64,000 nucleotides of DNA from Phyllosticta citribraziliensis (GCF_038025025.1 NW_027117339.1:1922001-1986000); one strand, 5' to 3'. Shown: positions 38,225 through 50,897, numbered from the stretch's first letter. Notes: generated by a model not told the origin, from the letters alone. Numbers and translations: made by a program.

Positions 38225-39180
38225 TTACTTTGCGTTTCCCGAATCGTCACTGATCGTACTCGTTCCGCCCGCGCGGGACTCGCTCAGCACCTGCGTGCCC
38301 AATACCCGACCTGTCTCGCTGACGAAAATGGCGCTGATAGCTGTGAGGCCCGGGAACGGCGCATAGACGTATTCGAGCTCGTTGACGACCTGGCCGTTGC
38401 GATTCGTGGTGATGTTGAAGCCGTTGTACTGCATGTCGCGGTCGTAGCTACCGACGACTTTGTGGCCGGTGGGGTTGCCGTTATTGTCGAGCGACTGGTC
38501 GACAATGGTGCCGTCTTGGGCCAGGATGCGGTTCGTGTGCTTGTTGCCGCTGTAGTCGTTGACGCTGTACAAGATGTTGTGCACGAGATTATATGAAGAC
38601 TCCAGGCCGCGTGCGGTCAGGTTGTTGGTGCCAGAGGACGAAGATGAGTCGGAAGAGGACCCAGTCAAGCCTCCGACTGTGTGGTTCACCAGATCGCCCA
38701 AATCTTCGCCCAGCGTTGCGATGATGGGGTTCAGGTCGATGGAATCGAGAATGGAGTTCACCATTTCAACGACTCGCGTCAGACGGGCTTCGAGCATGAC
38801 TCTAGCTCTCACATCCTGGATGGTAAGAAAAACGCGGTCGATGGATGCGGTGACGCCGGCGTTGAGTTCGAGCAGATTGAGCACTTGCGCGTCCAGGTTG
38901 ACCTGTAGACCAAACTTAATCTCTGCATTTTCTCCAGGACAAGAGGCGCAACCTTTGCCGAAATATTATCGACTTCTATATCGATTTCTCGAACCGAAAC
39001 AGAGGCATTCAAGAACACGTCGGGCGGAGGATCTGTCGCCGAGATGTTGGTGTTGGTATTCGCCGTCTCGTAGAGGACGTCTTCGGGACTGCCTCTTTCC
39101 TCAAGACGGTAGCCGATATAGCCATCCTGAGCGCATGCCAGCAGAGTGAAGATTGGAAGCAGTAAAAGAGAAGATTTCAT
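38225..39180 (-). CDS. Secreted protein of unknown function (paralogue A), 2 exons
   Basis: Signal peptide MKSSLLLLPIFTLLACA; intron 38903-38952 joins ...VDNISAK to VNLDAQV...; similar along its length to the ORF at 39625. Confidence 0.85.
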
Positions 39181-39624
39181 GTTGCCGGCTCAGACACAGC
39201 GCTTCGCAGGAGCTGTCGTCCACCGATCAAGGAGAGGGGACGGCGGTGGTTAGATACGACATCGCTTAGCTGGTTGCCGGGGATCATGACTGATGATGAG
39301 CTTCGTGACCAAGATTCCTGTATAGCCAAGGGGGCCTTATTGAATCCATGCAGAGGGTGAGCGGATCAATGGCCGCAGGTGGAGAGTGTTGGCAGCGGTC
39401 GAATTAAAGGCATGATTGACCGGGTGACGTTCAAGTTGGGCACTGCGCGCCGGGGCGAGCCGGGGTGCCCGACACAGGCTGGACCGGGCTGTCCCTGACG
39501 GCACTCTCGCATTTCGACGAAATCCAGTTTGGCTTCGCCGGCCTCGAGCCCGGACAAGGGCTTCATTATTGTTATATGGGTCGACGATGCGGTCGCCCTC
39601 CAAGATGGCTCACCCGCCGCCGCC

Positions 39625-40467
39625 ATGTTGTCGAAAATCGTCTTGGTCCTTTGCTTCCTCGTTGCTCTTGCATCCTCTCAAACACCAACCGGCACCTTTA
39701 CGACTCCGCCATCAGTTTCGGCTTCGGTCACGTCCACATACCCGACCGGCTCACCAACCTCCAACACCACCACTTCGGCCCGGCCGACCAGGACTCCGAC
39801 TTCCAACAGCACTGTCCCGGATGTCGTTCTCAAAGTTCCGGAACTCCACGTCGGAAAGATAGAACTGGACGTGGACAACCTTCGCGCCGACATCAATCTC
39901 AATGCGAATGTTGCAAAAATTGTCTCCATCAACGCAGGCGTCGCCGTCAGTGTCGACAAAGTGAACATCACCATCGCCGATGTGGATGCCGAGCTGGAGT
40001 TGGTGGTCCGTCTAGGCCATCTCGTTGATGTCGTCAACCGGGTCTTCGATTCTTTGGATCTAAATCCTCTCCTCATTAACACGCTGAACAACGTAACCTC
40101 GCTCCTGGATGACGTTGTGGGCGAGGTCGAGGGCCTCCTGGGATCCATCACTCGCGGCGACAGCAAACTTTCGTTCCTCATCGACAATCTTGGAAATATT
40201 GTCCAAGAAGTGGCTGGCGTTGCTGGCCAAACTACTAGCACAATTGTCGGAAACTACCTCCAAAACATGACGTACACTGGAGAGCAGAAGGTGCTGCAGG
40301 GCGGCGCAGTTCAAAAGACTTACTCGTACTCACCACTTAATGCTCTGGTGGATATTGTCTTCAACACCGCTGGTCAGATTGTCCGAGCCGTTGTGCAGAA
40401 GAAGGGTCAGGGCGGTACTTCGACGTCGACGTCGGCTCCTACCAGCACGCCCACTGCTCGGAGGTAG
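39625..40467 (+). CDS. Secreted protein of unknown function (paralogue B), intronless
   Basis: Good start context gccgccATG, signal peptide MLSKIVLVLCFLVALASS, S/T-rich linker, then PDVVLKVPELHVGKIELDVDNL...DSLDLNP domain. Confidence 0.88.
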   Translation: MLSKIVLVLCFLVALASSQTPTGTFTTPPSVSASVTSTYPTGSPTSNTTTSARPTRTPTSNSTVPDVVLKVPELHVGKIELDVDNLRADINLNANVAKIVSINAGVAVSVDKVNITIADVDAELELVVRLGHLVDVVNRVFDSLDLNPLLINTLNNVTSLLDDVVGEVEGLLGSITRGDSKLSFLIDNLGNIVQEVAGVAGQTTSTIVGNYLQNMTYTGEQKVLQGGAVQKTYSYSPLNALVDIVFNTAGQIVRAVVQKKGQGGTSTSTSAPTSTPTARR

Positions 40468-41454
40468 TCTGCATGAAGTTGGCGTTCAAGAATTTCCATA
40501 AGTGGTCTCGTAATATTCTGATCTTGATATCTGAGATCGAGAGCAGTTCAGCCTGTAATGTCTCAGCAAACAATCACAATAACTAAAGAGTTGGCTACGA
40601 GTGTAGCGTGGCACATTTCTTCTACTCCCTCGATGCTGTATCATCGTCAGCACATCTTTCAAAAGTGACTGCATCTAGGGAGCAGTTATTCGCTGCCACA
40701 GTTGCGCCTTAGGAGTTATCGTCCACCACTGCAGATAGCCCATTCATGACAGGTGACTAGGGGAATGACGTGCCTCGAACAGTACCAGAGTTCTTCTACT
40801 CCCTCGCGAGCAAGATGGACCAAATCCGAGTCTAAAGTTTGCAGAGAAAGTCAAGCGCTTTGTGGCGATGGCAGCCAACGGTTCAAGAAAGGGAGCGAGA
40901 ACGAAAGTAGGAGCGAGAAAGCGAGGATGTCGACGGCATGCAAGAGAAGGTTGGAAGTTTCTGCAGTGATTACCGATGAACGAAGCGAGACCCTGTCGCA
41001 CCGTTGGTCGAAAACGACTCCAAGGATACAACAACTATCCCTTAAGTCCAGTCTTGAGAGCAGCCCAACCATTTTAAATACGACCGTGTCCTCGATCGAA
41101 TCCCTGGTCCGATTCCATTCACTCCAGAGGACCACAGCTACGCGTCAGCAGCCCAAGTAAACGACGGAAGGAAGCCACGACGCTCAACCACCGACCACCT
41201 CAACCACGGAAGATCCAGCACCCAGGAGAAGTACCTACGGCCCGCCAAACTGCGCTCTCATACATCGAGCGACCTCACATTTTACTTCACCACCGCCCTA
41301 TCAGATAACAGTAAAACAACCCTCCGTACCACGGGAAATGTCACAATAAAGAGAGCACTCATAACTGGAAACAAACCTGGCCACCCGCACCAAAGAAAAG
41401 CTCGCACTGAAGACTGCAAAAGGGCACTCATAAGATTCCGGCCCCAGCAACGAC

Positions 41455-42021
41455 ATGTCTTCACGCTACCGCCTTCGGATCTTTCGGGGTGCCCGCAAAG
41501 ACGACGTGGAATCGATGCTCACACTAGCGGAAGACACATTTTACAACGAAGCTCAAAAAGCGACTTCCCCCGCATCCTCCTCAGTAGACCAGGATCTGGA
41601 TGCTTCCCAGCAGCCCGCTGCGCAGTCCGACTCTTCAATACAGACTCCACCTCCAAGCTACAACCAGAAACCGGGAGTCCCTCAGCAGAACTTCGAGCTT
41701 GACGACGCGAATGCAAACCTTCCGAGGTGGCTCAAACCCGCCGCAGATCGTATCGCCACAGGAGTCATAATTTTCACATTGATATGGACCCTTCTATCCT
41801 TATCCGTGTATTTGACTACCCTCGTGGCTGCGGGATTCAGCATGGCCCCTTCTTTTTGGCTCCACGTTGCCACCATCGGCTTTTGCCTGGGGATGAAAGG
41901 ACTGGAGTTGTGTGAAGACCGTGGTGGAACGGTGGCGACTCTTTCCATCTGCCAAGGCGTCCTCTACTTGGACATGCTTCTTCTGTTGTTGCCAACTATG
42001 GTTTCCGTCAGTCAGACTTGA
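41455..42021 (+). CDS. Hypothetical small membrane protein with a PPSY motif
   Basis: 188-aa ATG ORF; polar N-half with PPPSY, then about three hydrophobic segments. Confidence 0.5.
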   Translation: MSSRYRLRIFRGARKDDVESMLTLAEDTFYNEAQKATSPASSSVDQDLDASQQPAAQSDSSIQTPPPSYNQKPGVPQQNFELDDANANLPRWLKPAADRIATGVIIFTLIWTLLSLSVYLTTLVAAGFSMAPSFWLHVATIGFCLGMKGLELCEDRGGTVATLSICQGVLYLDMLLLLLPTMVSVSQT

Positions 42022-42783
42022 CGCCGAGAATGCTCCGTCTAGGTTGTTTTCATTGTCCACATGCGACAAGAGGTGGAGGTTTCTGTCAGAGAACGAAGAC
42101 CGGGGCCCTCATAGGTTGCATTCCTAAAATTCCTCCAGTCCTTCCACCGCCGTCCACTGCAAGACTTCAGGACTTCGCCTTGTTGCCTTCTCGTGGTTTG
42201 TCTTTACCTAATTTGTCAGTTCATCTTGCAGCTTGCAGCCTTCGTGCTCTCTTTCCTCTGGGCGGAGCTTTAACAGTAGATTGTTTGAAGTCACATTGCT
42301 TTTCTGTCCTCCAACAGCCTCGTTGCGTCCTTTCAGCCTAACGAGGGGTAATATTCTTGGTGTCACAGATTTGTGCGGCGCGCAATGTGACATTGAGCAA
42401 TCCTTATATCAACGACTGTAGGCAACTGCACTGCCTTTTTGTCCGGAAGTGTGATAATATCCTTTCAGAAGTCCAGCTCTCTGTCGAAGTCTTCCACATT
42501 CTGGCATCCTGTCTCTTCTTGGCAGCGCTGGATCCAGACCCATCGCCCCTGGTAAGGCTGAATAGCTCGCAGATGCGTCAGTCGTATGACTGACGCCGTG
42601 TGACAACCCTCCGAGGCAGCCGACGAGTAGAATTCCATGGCGTCCTTTGGGGGCGAGAACATTCGCATGCCACAAAAGACGCCTGAAACTGGGGGCCAAC
42701 AGACCGGCTCGCGGGCGGACTTCTAGAGAGGCTGCCCAACCCTCGCTTTGTTCGTCTTGATTTCATAGAAATCATCCTGAGCC

Positions 42784-45351
42784 ATGGATCCCGCAAAGTT
42801 GCCCATCGAGAGCCAAAAATCGGATCCGTCCGAGTTTTCAGGCAAGTCCGACTACACGGTGCACTACGATGGCTACGGCAGACGGCAAGAGATCCCGGTC
42901 GACGACCACGACGAGTGGTACTTGCGACCGTCTGACGGCAGGATAAGCAAGGTGTCTGTGCAAAGCTTTGAAGAGCTGGGGAAGAGCGGCGGGCCAGCGG
43001 TGCCCTGGCAGCGCATTGGCAAGCCGAAGGTCAAGACTCCGTGGCTCATCCAGCTGCTTTACTGGACGTACGAGTCGACGCTTGACCCTGATTTGGATAA
43101 ACAGCAGAGCGCTGCAGCTAGGACACAGTTGTTTCTCAGATGGCTTCCCTCTTGCTTCGCAATGCTGTTTTTGGTGAGTCTCGCCGTTCCGAGGAAATGA
43201 AGCGTTTCGACTTACGGTAACGGCAGCTATACGTTCCAAAAAACCTTGAAGGAGATGTCCGGTACAATGGAGAGTACGATCCGATCCGCTACCACGAGTT
43301 TTCCGATACTGGAGCGTCGGAAAAGAAGGGCAAGGGAAATGAGAGCGATGGGGAAGAACACGACTCGCTGCTAGGAATCTATGGGCAAGCCGAAAACGAC
43401 ATCGAGTTGGATGGTGCCTTGTACAGATATCCCTCGCTGGGACGGCGATCAGTTGACACAAACGATATTGATGCCGATTACGACGACCTGCCAGCGCGTC
43501 ATATCGGACCACGCTTTCTCTGCTTCCTGAATTCAGAAGACGATATTGCCTGCGGAGGTCCGGAGTGGGAGACGCGACTGGTGGCCGACTGGATCGAGGA
43601 AAGTGGGCCAGGCGCCAGCACCAACTACGTTTTCGTCTCCTACACGCGCAAGCAGTTCTTCGTCGCCACAGACAACGAGGCTGCGGACTGGAATATTACG
43701 GAAGAGCAACGCCAGTACTACCGGGAAATCGCACCGCAGGACAGGAAGACTCTCCAGAGCTACGGTGTTCGGGCCGCACGCAAAGCTGGCGTTGCGGCGT
43801 TTTGGCTGGACTTTGAGTGCCTGCAGAGCGATGGCCCGGATGGAGACATCAGCGACGTATGGCGCATCTGTGACATTGTCCGCGCATGTCACTCCATGAT
43901 CATCGTGCTTGGGCCTTCGGTCGAGGAAGAGAACGCGCCAGCGACGCCCCACACACGAGACGCTTGGCTCCACGAATGGGGAACGCGACTGTGGACGCTG
44001 CCGGAAATTTTGCTATTGCCCGAGCCAAAGGTCAGCATCTACACCATTGGCGGTGATGAGCGTCCGGAGCTGCTGGCCAAGCGCAACTTTGCGTCTCGCG
44101 CCTGGAAGGATGCGAAACTGGTGCGGCAGCTCATGGACCACTACGAGTCCTCAATCCACCTGACGCCGCTGGAGCTGTTGAGTATTGGACTTGAGTGCTT
44201 TCAGAGTCGCCACACAGACCAACGTACCGGAGGAGACATGGCATATGCGTTGATGGTGAGTACACTGAATGATACCCTTCAAGAAATCTTTGCTGAACTC
44301 AATAAAGGGCTTGCTGCGTCGGAGGCCAAAAGTAAATAAGAAAGACTCGGCCTTTGAAGCATTCGCTCGGCTCTCCCTCTCAAATGATAGCGACAGACTT
44401 CTCGAGCGCATGGTATGCATGCTCCCTCCAAACCCCGATGCGGAGTGGTTCCACATCCGTGACAAATGGTCTGCCCGGCTTTGGGACATCGAGCCCATTG
44501 CCCAAGTCGGTGAAATCCTTGAAGATGAGACAGTGAGTCTAGACGGTGCGTATGGCGCGACAATCGAATGGGATGCGATGCAGCCTCCAGCCTTTTTCAA
44601 GAGGCAGACGTTGATGCGCAAGTTCGCCAAAATTCTCTTGCGCGGCGTCCCGATCTACTCACCTATTGGAATCGCCTTCACTGTCATGGGTGCCATCTCG
44701 ATGAAAGCTCTGATAGACAGCGATATATACGGGTACGGCGAATACAAGTCCTCAGCAGCATTCGTCACCACCGTCTTGTACCTCGTCATCGGCAGCATCA
44801 CGCTAGCTGTGTCCGTCGCCGTGGTTCTTGCTGCCCCTGCGATGCTTCTCAACATTTACGGAGGCAAATTCTGGTCAACGCAGGCCAGACTTGTCGGTGT
44901 CGAAGGACGCATCGACTTGGGAATCGTGGAGAGTTATCTGTTTGGATTCAACCAGGGTCGACTCAAGTGGGACAAGAACGGAAGCAGCCTGGATTTCGAC
45001 GACCTCGGGCGGCCAAGGTGGGGTTCTCTTGAGCGTGGTAAAGGCGAAACTGCAGGAAAAAACGGCCCAGACCAGTATGGTATGCGCCTCTTTACCCTCA
45101 TCGATACTTTTACCATGAAGGCGACTCCTTTTCGCGCGAGAAGACCACCAACGACCCTCATTATCTGCGGCCAGCAGGGTGGCATGCAACGTGCTTTGCT
45201 CTGCTCCTACAACCACCGCAATCGTACGTTTTCTCGAGAGACCGTCATTCGCCTTTCGACGTTGGTGCTTGACCGCATCGCGCGCATCGATCGCTTCTCT
45301 CTGGCTCTACGACGGCAAGGTGATGGCCCGGGAAAGCTCGGTAGCGAATGA
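42784..45351 (+). CDS. Membrane protein with HET (PF06985)-like domain, 3 exons
   Basis: Introns ~43173-43226 and ~44256-44307 join the ORFs in frame. Motifs YVFVSYTRKQF, FWLDFECL, ICDIVR, WGTRLWTLPEIL follow HET-domain order; one N-terminal and two C-terminal hydrophobic segments. Confidence 0.8.
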
Positions 45352-46449
45352 GTACGGCCCAGGCATTCCTGGAAGTGACCAGTGGATTCTGCTTCTTCGT
45401 TTGCGCTTCTGACTCCAGTTCCGGTTGAGGAATGGCGTTGGCATTGGTTGGGGTCGTGATGTTTCGCGGTCAAACGGGAGGTCTAAGTACCGCGCCCGCA
45501 AGATGCTGGAATTGCCTGTATGCGTTAGCGCATCATTCTCAAATGCAGGGTTTCGCAACATCTTTAGTGTCGGCTTTTTGGGAAACTCTGCCTACATGTA
45601 TTTCCCACAGGGCCTCATCATGACATAGTGTCAGCGTTTCCGCCACTAGACCACTGATCCGGCAAGGCTGAAATGTGTGTTGTCTTGGAGTTACCTGCTG
45701 CAGTGAGTTTGGGAAGAGCACAAGAAACTAGGGCCTGCGCTCGGCTCAAAACGAGGGTATTTTTTTGGAAGATGCTCAGCCAGATCATAGGCTTTGCGGC
45801 TTGGAGAACTTGGAGAAAATGCGTGGTTGGCATCGTCGGCAAGAAAACCCAACGCAGTGCAAAAGTGGCACGTGAGGATTAGGTCAAGTCGTCTGGATGA
45901 ACCGTTGAACGTTTGTGACGCTGCGTCGGCACCTGCAGAAAATCCAAGGCCTCGGGCGAGCTCCTTCCCACGACTGACCAACCACTTCCTTCCACCTGAC
46001 TTCAGGATCTGTCCTCACGACCCAGGTGAATGGCGCCTAGCCCAGACTGACCTAGAAATTTCAGCAGCTCCGGCCCAAGCCATCACCTAGCACCTTCAAG
46101 GCTTCTACACAAAAGCTCAACTCGACACCCCAACCCAAAAAGTTGGAAGGTCTACACCACACCATCACCATCACTGAACAACGCTCTCATCGTGTTCAGT
46201 CATCTACCCACTTGCATCCGACTTTGATCTGCACAACCCTACTCACCTCACCTCAATCAGTGGACTACTGGGATCGCGTGCGGCACTTTGAGCTCGCTGC
46301 ACTTCTGACACGTCTCACCACGTCAGCCCATCCACTACAACACAATCTCGTGAGGTGGAGCTGAATACCCAACGCTCAAACCAAGGTCACGATCGCGAAT
46401 CAACTCGGCCACCAAACGAAGGAGTTGCTTCTCACCAACCCCATCTGCA

Positions 46450-47685
46450 ATGCTCTCACCGCCGGTCGACGCAGCGGCAGACGAGCCCGCTCCCCAGAGA
46501 CTCCGAGGCCCCGAACTCACCAGGAAACAACAGCATGTCATGGACGGCTTAGATGTCCACATCGAGGTGAAAGATCAGCGCCTGGAAGAGTACGTTGATG
46601 CGGGACAGGAAGGACCGCCAGGGACCGCCATCAAGTATGTTGTGGCTCAGCCTGGTGAAAACTTCACAATTGCATTCAATTTCGACCACGAATTTGCGTA
46701 CAAGGACTTTGACCTGTATTGCGAGGTCTACTTTGACGGAAATCGCGTTGACGGCCTCTCTCTGGAAAAAGAGGACAACTACGTCCAACACCCTCACTGG
46801 GTTTCAGCGATACGATACTCCCAAGGCGGGAAGCGATTTATTCGACCAATGATGTTTTCAAACCTCATCATCAGTGAGTACTGTGCGCTCAATCAGATCT
46901 ACACTTGGACAAGGCTAATTGATGCTCCCCCCTTAACCAGACGAAGAGGAAGAAGCGCTTGATAGTGAGCAGCAAAAAGCTGTTGATGCTTTGGGAGAGA
47001 TTCAGCTCATATACTGGAGGATCAAAGCATGTTTTGAATATGCGCTGCAGGAGGAGGGCGACACATCGGAGAGCTACACATCCAAGGAATTGAAGCAAAT
47101 TCCAGAGGTCTCCGAGAAAGCTCTCAAAGGTCGCTCGATTTCACATCACGTAAAGTACATTCGGCTTCTTTCCTAGTCTCAATGGTTCCATTCTAACATC
47201 TGATTTATAGGTTTGGCGAGGCGCTGGCTATCGGCGAGGTAGTCATGACAGGCCCACGATCACGTTGGCATGTCGAAAGTGACTCCAAGCCTTTTGCCAC
47301 CTACACTTTCCGCTATAGGTCGACAGAGGCACTGAAGTCCATGGGGTTGATTCCTCGAACCCCTGAGCCTGTTCCCTTGGAAGAGCGACCGATAGAGGAC
47401 CTCACTCCTGAAGAAATGAAGGAGGTGATCCGCCGACAGAAGGCGAGTGAACTCTCTTGACGACACCGAGTATATCTCACGCTGACTTCAACACAGGAAC
47501 AGTTGGAAACGGCCAAGGTCGTGAAGCACGAGGCCAGCAGCGAGACTGAACAAACCCGTTGGGAGCCATGGTATCGCAGCCAGTGGGAAGATGGTGATGA
47601 GCTTGCTGTCACTGAGGTCCGACCGGCGAAGCGCAGAAGGGTTTCTGGTGGTCCGATCGACACCGTGGACCTCACAGACGACTGA
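46450..47685 (+). CDS. Uncharacterised fungal protein (DUF7918-like), 4 exons
   Basis: KYVVAQPGENFTI, LGEIQL, VSEKALKGRSISH, PFATYTFRYRSTEALKSMGLIPRTPEPVPLEERPIEDLTPEEM; start codon uncertain. Confidence 0.75.
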
Positions 47686-48501
47686 AAATCCCCAGCCTTG
47701 GATTTCGCGAAGGATTCCGAGCCAAGACACAACATCCATTCTTTTGATGCTCTTTCGAGTCAAACAACACGCCTAGGGACATGAAAGGCCACTCGATAAA
47801 ATTATGCAATGGTGGAGGCAGGAGAAGGCATATCAGAATCGAGGGAAGAAAAGTCATGGTCACTTTTTCACAAGGCTCTTTCAGATTACAGGTCAGGATT
47901 GCGACCGTGTAGTACCCTACACGTAAAAGCTGACGAGTGTTCAAGGTTCAAAAATTTTCGACCGCTAAAAATTGGCTGCAATGGGGGACCCAATTAGATT
48001 CCTATTCTCCACAACATATTGGGGCTCTACTGGATTGCGTCGGTCAAAAAGACAGCTTGAGTGTTGGACGGGTAATTTTCAAAGGTTGCCAAAAGTGGCT
48101 TATGCCTTTTTTCCCAGGATGGATTGGGAGTACGGCAGTTCGGAAATGGTTGGAGGCTGGAAAAAAACGGCTTTTCTCATCAGCAGATCTCGAATCACAT
48201 TGGGCGTCGGGCTAATCCACATCTGCGGTATCTGTTTATGCATATGGTATCTCCAAAAGCTGCTCATGATCATGGCTCGAGACCGAGAAGTTCAGGACTG
48301 TCATTGATGTCAAGCTTGTTCTATCTCAAGAGGTGAATGTACTTCTACCAAATTGCGAATAGTCAGCGAGACGGCGAGTCCCGTCAACCACACCCTTCCT
48401 GGAGCCGAATGCCCCGAATTGGAGGCAGTTTCACGAATGACTCTTTGAATGCCACTTGCCCTCCCCATCTCACTAGGCGCTTCCCAAGCGACCAGAGCCT
48501 C

Positions 48502-49453
48502 TCACACCTCCTTGTCCTTAGCATGCTCATCCTCCACCCCAGCCCCAGCACCGTTCACCTGCGCGTCCTGCCGACCCCTGCGATCCTCTTCTTCCTCGCG
48601 CTGCCTCGCTCGCTCACGACCACCTCCAGAATCGATTGTCGTCCTCCCAGCCATAGCCGCATCCACCATCGCGCCAGCACGGGCTCTTATCTCAGCCCTT
48701 CTCTGCACATCCTCGGTCCACGGCCCCTGCGCGTTCTGCATGCGTCGGTGGCCCTCCTCTACCTCGCGCTGCCTTGTCACTATTTCGCCACGACGCTCAG
48801 GATCGATTGTCGTCCTGCCAGCCACAGCAGCGTCCACGATCGCGTCGGCGCGGGCTCTGATCTCGGCCCGCCTTTGCACATCCTCAGCCGTCGCCATTCC
48901 ACGTAAGGGAGGGAGAGGCGCTTATCCATACGACTGCCGGCGCGCCGCGCCCTGCTGCCCCTGCCCCTGCCCATCTCCTCCCACCACTCCATTTACTCCC
49001 GGTCCGGTCGAAGGCGGTGCAGGATGGGCGCCGCCGATGCGCGCCGATGCGTCGAAAGGGCTTGGATGATCCGAAAGCGGACGCTGTCTGTAGATCGGGA
49101 GACGCTGATTGTTGATAGGGAGCCGGGCCGCGAAATCTCGGTCGACGAAGTTCAGGCCCTCGCGGGGAAACTGGAAGTTGTTGAAATCGGCGCGCTCGGC
49201 CGTGGTCAACGGGCGGGCCGCAGGTGGACGCGGCGCTGGCCTGGCGGGTACGTATGGGCTTGCTGGGTTTACGGACGTGGTAGTGTTGGAGTTGTCGGCG
49301 GTGTCGTCGTTACCGTTGCTACCGCCATTGCTTGCGTGGTCGCAGCCATGCAGAGGTGGACCTGAGGTTTGTTAGTGGGAAGAGTAAGTTGTGGGTGGAA
49401 GAGGGAGGGCAATGGAGCATGTGTGGCGCATACGTACCTCCGTTTGACGCCAT
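48502..49453 (-). CDS. Hypothetical protein with a 57-aa internal duplication; interrupted by TAA at 48922-48924 unless spliced
   Basis: MASNG|gtacgt...ctaac...cag|GPPLHGCD... runs into ORF 48922..49209; ORF 48502..48897 continues in the same frame after the TAA. Confidence 0.5.
48556..48885. repeat. Tandem duplication, 171-bp period, 2 copies
   Basis: tgcacatcctc at 48704 and 48875; encodes EDVQRRAEIRARAxAxVDAAxAGRTTID twice on the minus strand. Confidence 0.85.
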
Positions 49454-50897
49454 GAGGTCGGCTGGCTATCTGGTACTTCGCCAAGCGTGTCTGGCTTCCC
49501 AAGTCGTCGTGCTGCGGCTACTCCTCGTCTTGCGGAGAAGGATATGACGCAGAAGGATGGAAATGGCATGGCGCTGTCCCATATATAGATGCGCATTGCC
49601 ATTGCTTGGACGTTTGATAGCCATTCTGTTTGCAATGGAGGTAGAGTGTCAACTCAAACACGCTGCTGGCGTGCAGAACAGACACAAGAGAACAGTACAT
49701 GGTTCGTGACACCAAGGCGGCGGCCTAGACATCTGCGTTGTAATGTTCTAGACTGGGGAGTGACTTGCCTTTGAGGTTTCTTGAGACGCGTTCGTGGATG
49801 GTGGACTTCTTCCCGCAGGACGACAGAAGTTGCTTGGCCAGGAAAGCACAGGAAAGGCTGCTTCGAAACCCGAGCAAACTGGAATCTTTCTGGTCAATCC
49901 GATTTGACCACGCAGAGGGGATTCTGCAAGCAGGCTGATGATGTAGGCTGTGTATTGAGAAGATTGGACACAGATATGGCAGTCGTCGAAAGAGCAGGAA
50001 TTTGGGAAAGGCAAAAAAGAAGTCTTACCGCGACCGTAGCCCGACCGCACTCACATCTCAGGACAAGGAAAGCGTCAAAGATTTCTAAGAAGATGACCAG
50101 TGAGCATTCACACAAAGGACATGGAGCCGGATGTGTGAATAGATAACGGGGTTTCCGAAGCTGTCAAGGTTTTGTTTCAATATGCAGGGCCTTCGCCGAG
50201 TATCTCCTGTGGCAGAAATTCAAACAGCAAGGCAGAGAAATGCATTCCCACTGGATAGTGAACGGGTAGAGAGGCGCAAATACGGACTGACGTCGTTGGC
50301 GGGGATCCATCTAGAAAACACTTGACCGAGACGGTGGTTATGCCGACAAGCGATCTACAGATTGCCGGCAGGCAGTGTACCTGAGTGATGTGTGAGCATA
50401 GTATGCATAGTCAAAGAGCGCGAGTGCTGTCACAAGGCTTGCTGTACAGAGGAGCTGGCCAAGCGCGGAAGCAGCTGCGCCGTTGTGCGAACAAGCAATC
50501 CCGGAAAGAAAAGAAACCAAACATGATCTGGCTGTCTGCGGCGGGACCGTGAGACATCAAAGGGGATCAGAATAGACGATGTCATTTCAGATCGGAGGTT
50601 AGTCCTGATGTATCATACGAAGATTGAATCCAGGAGAAGGCCTTGCTAGCGGCGAAACCGCGTCGTAGAGTATGTGCGCCACACATTTCCAGCATCCGGC
50701 TTATTGCACGAAAGCAAACGGCCCTGGAATGTCTGGAGCGCTTTAAACAAGCCCAGCCATCATCTTTGAGTGTTTTGCAAATCTCGTGCCCGTCTGGTTC
50801 CGCGGGATCCTGCGTCCTGTGCTCGATGGATCCATCCTCTTCTTTGGTTATTCTTTGGCATCTGCTGTTCGAAAACGCAGCAGGCATTCATCATGCG

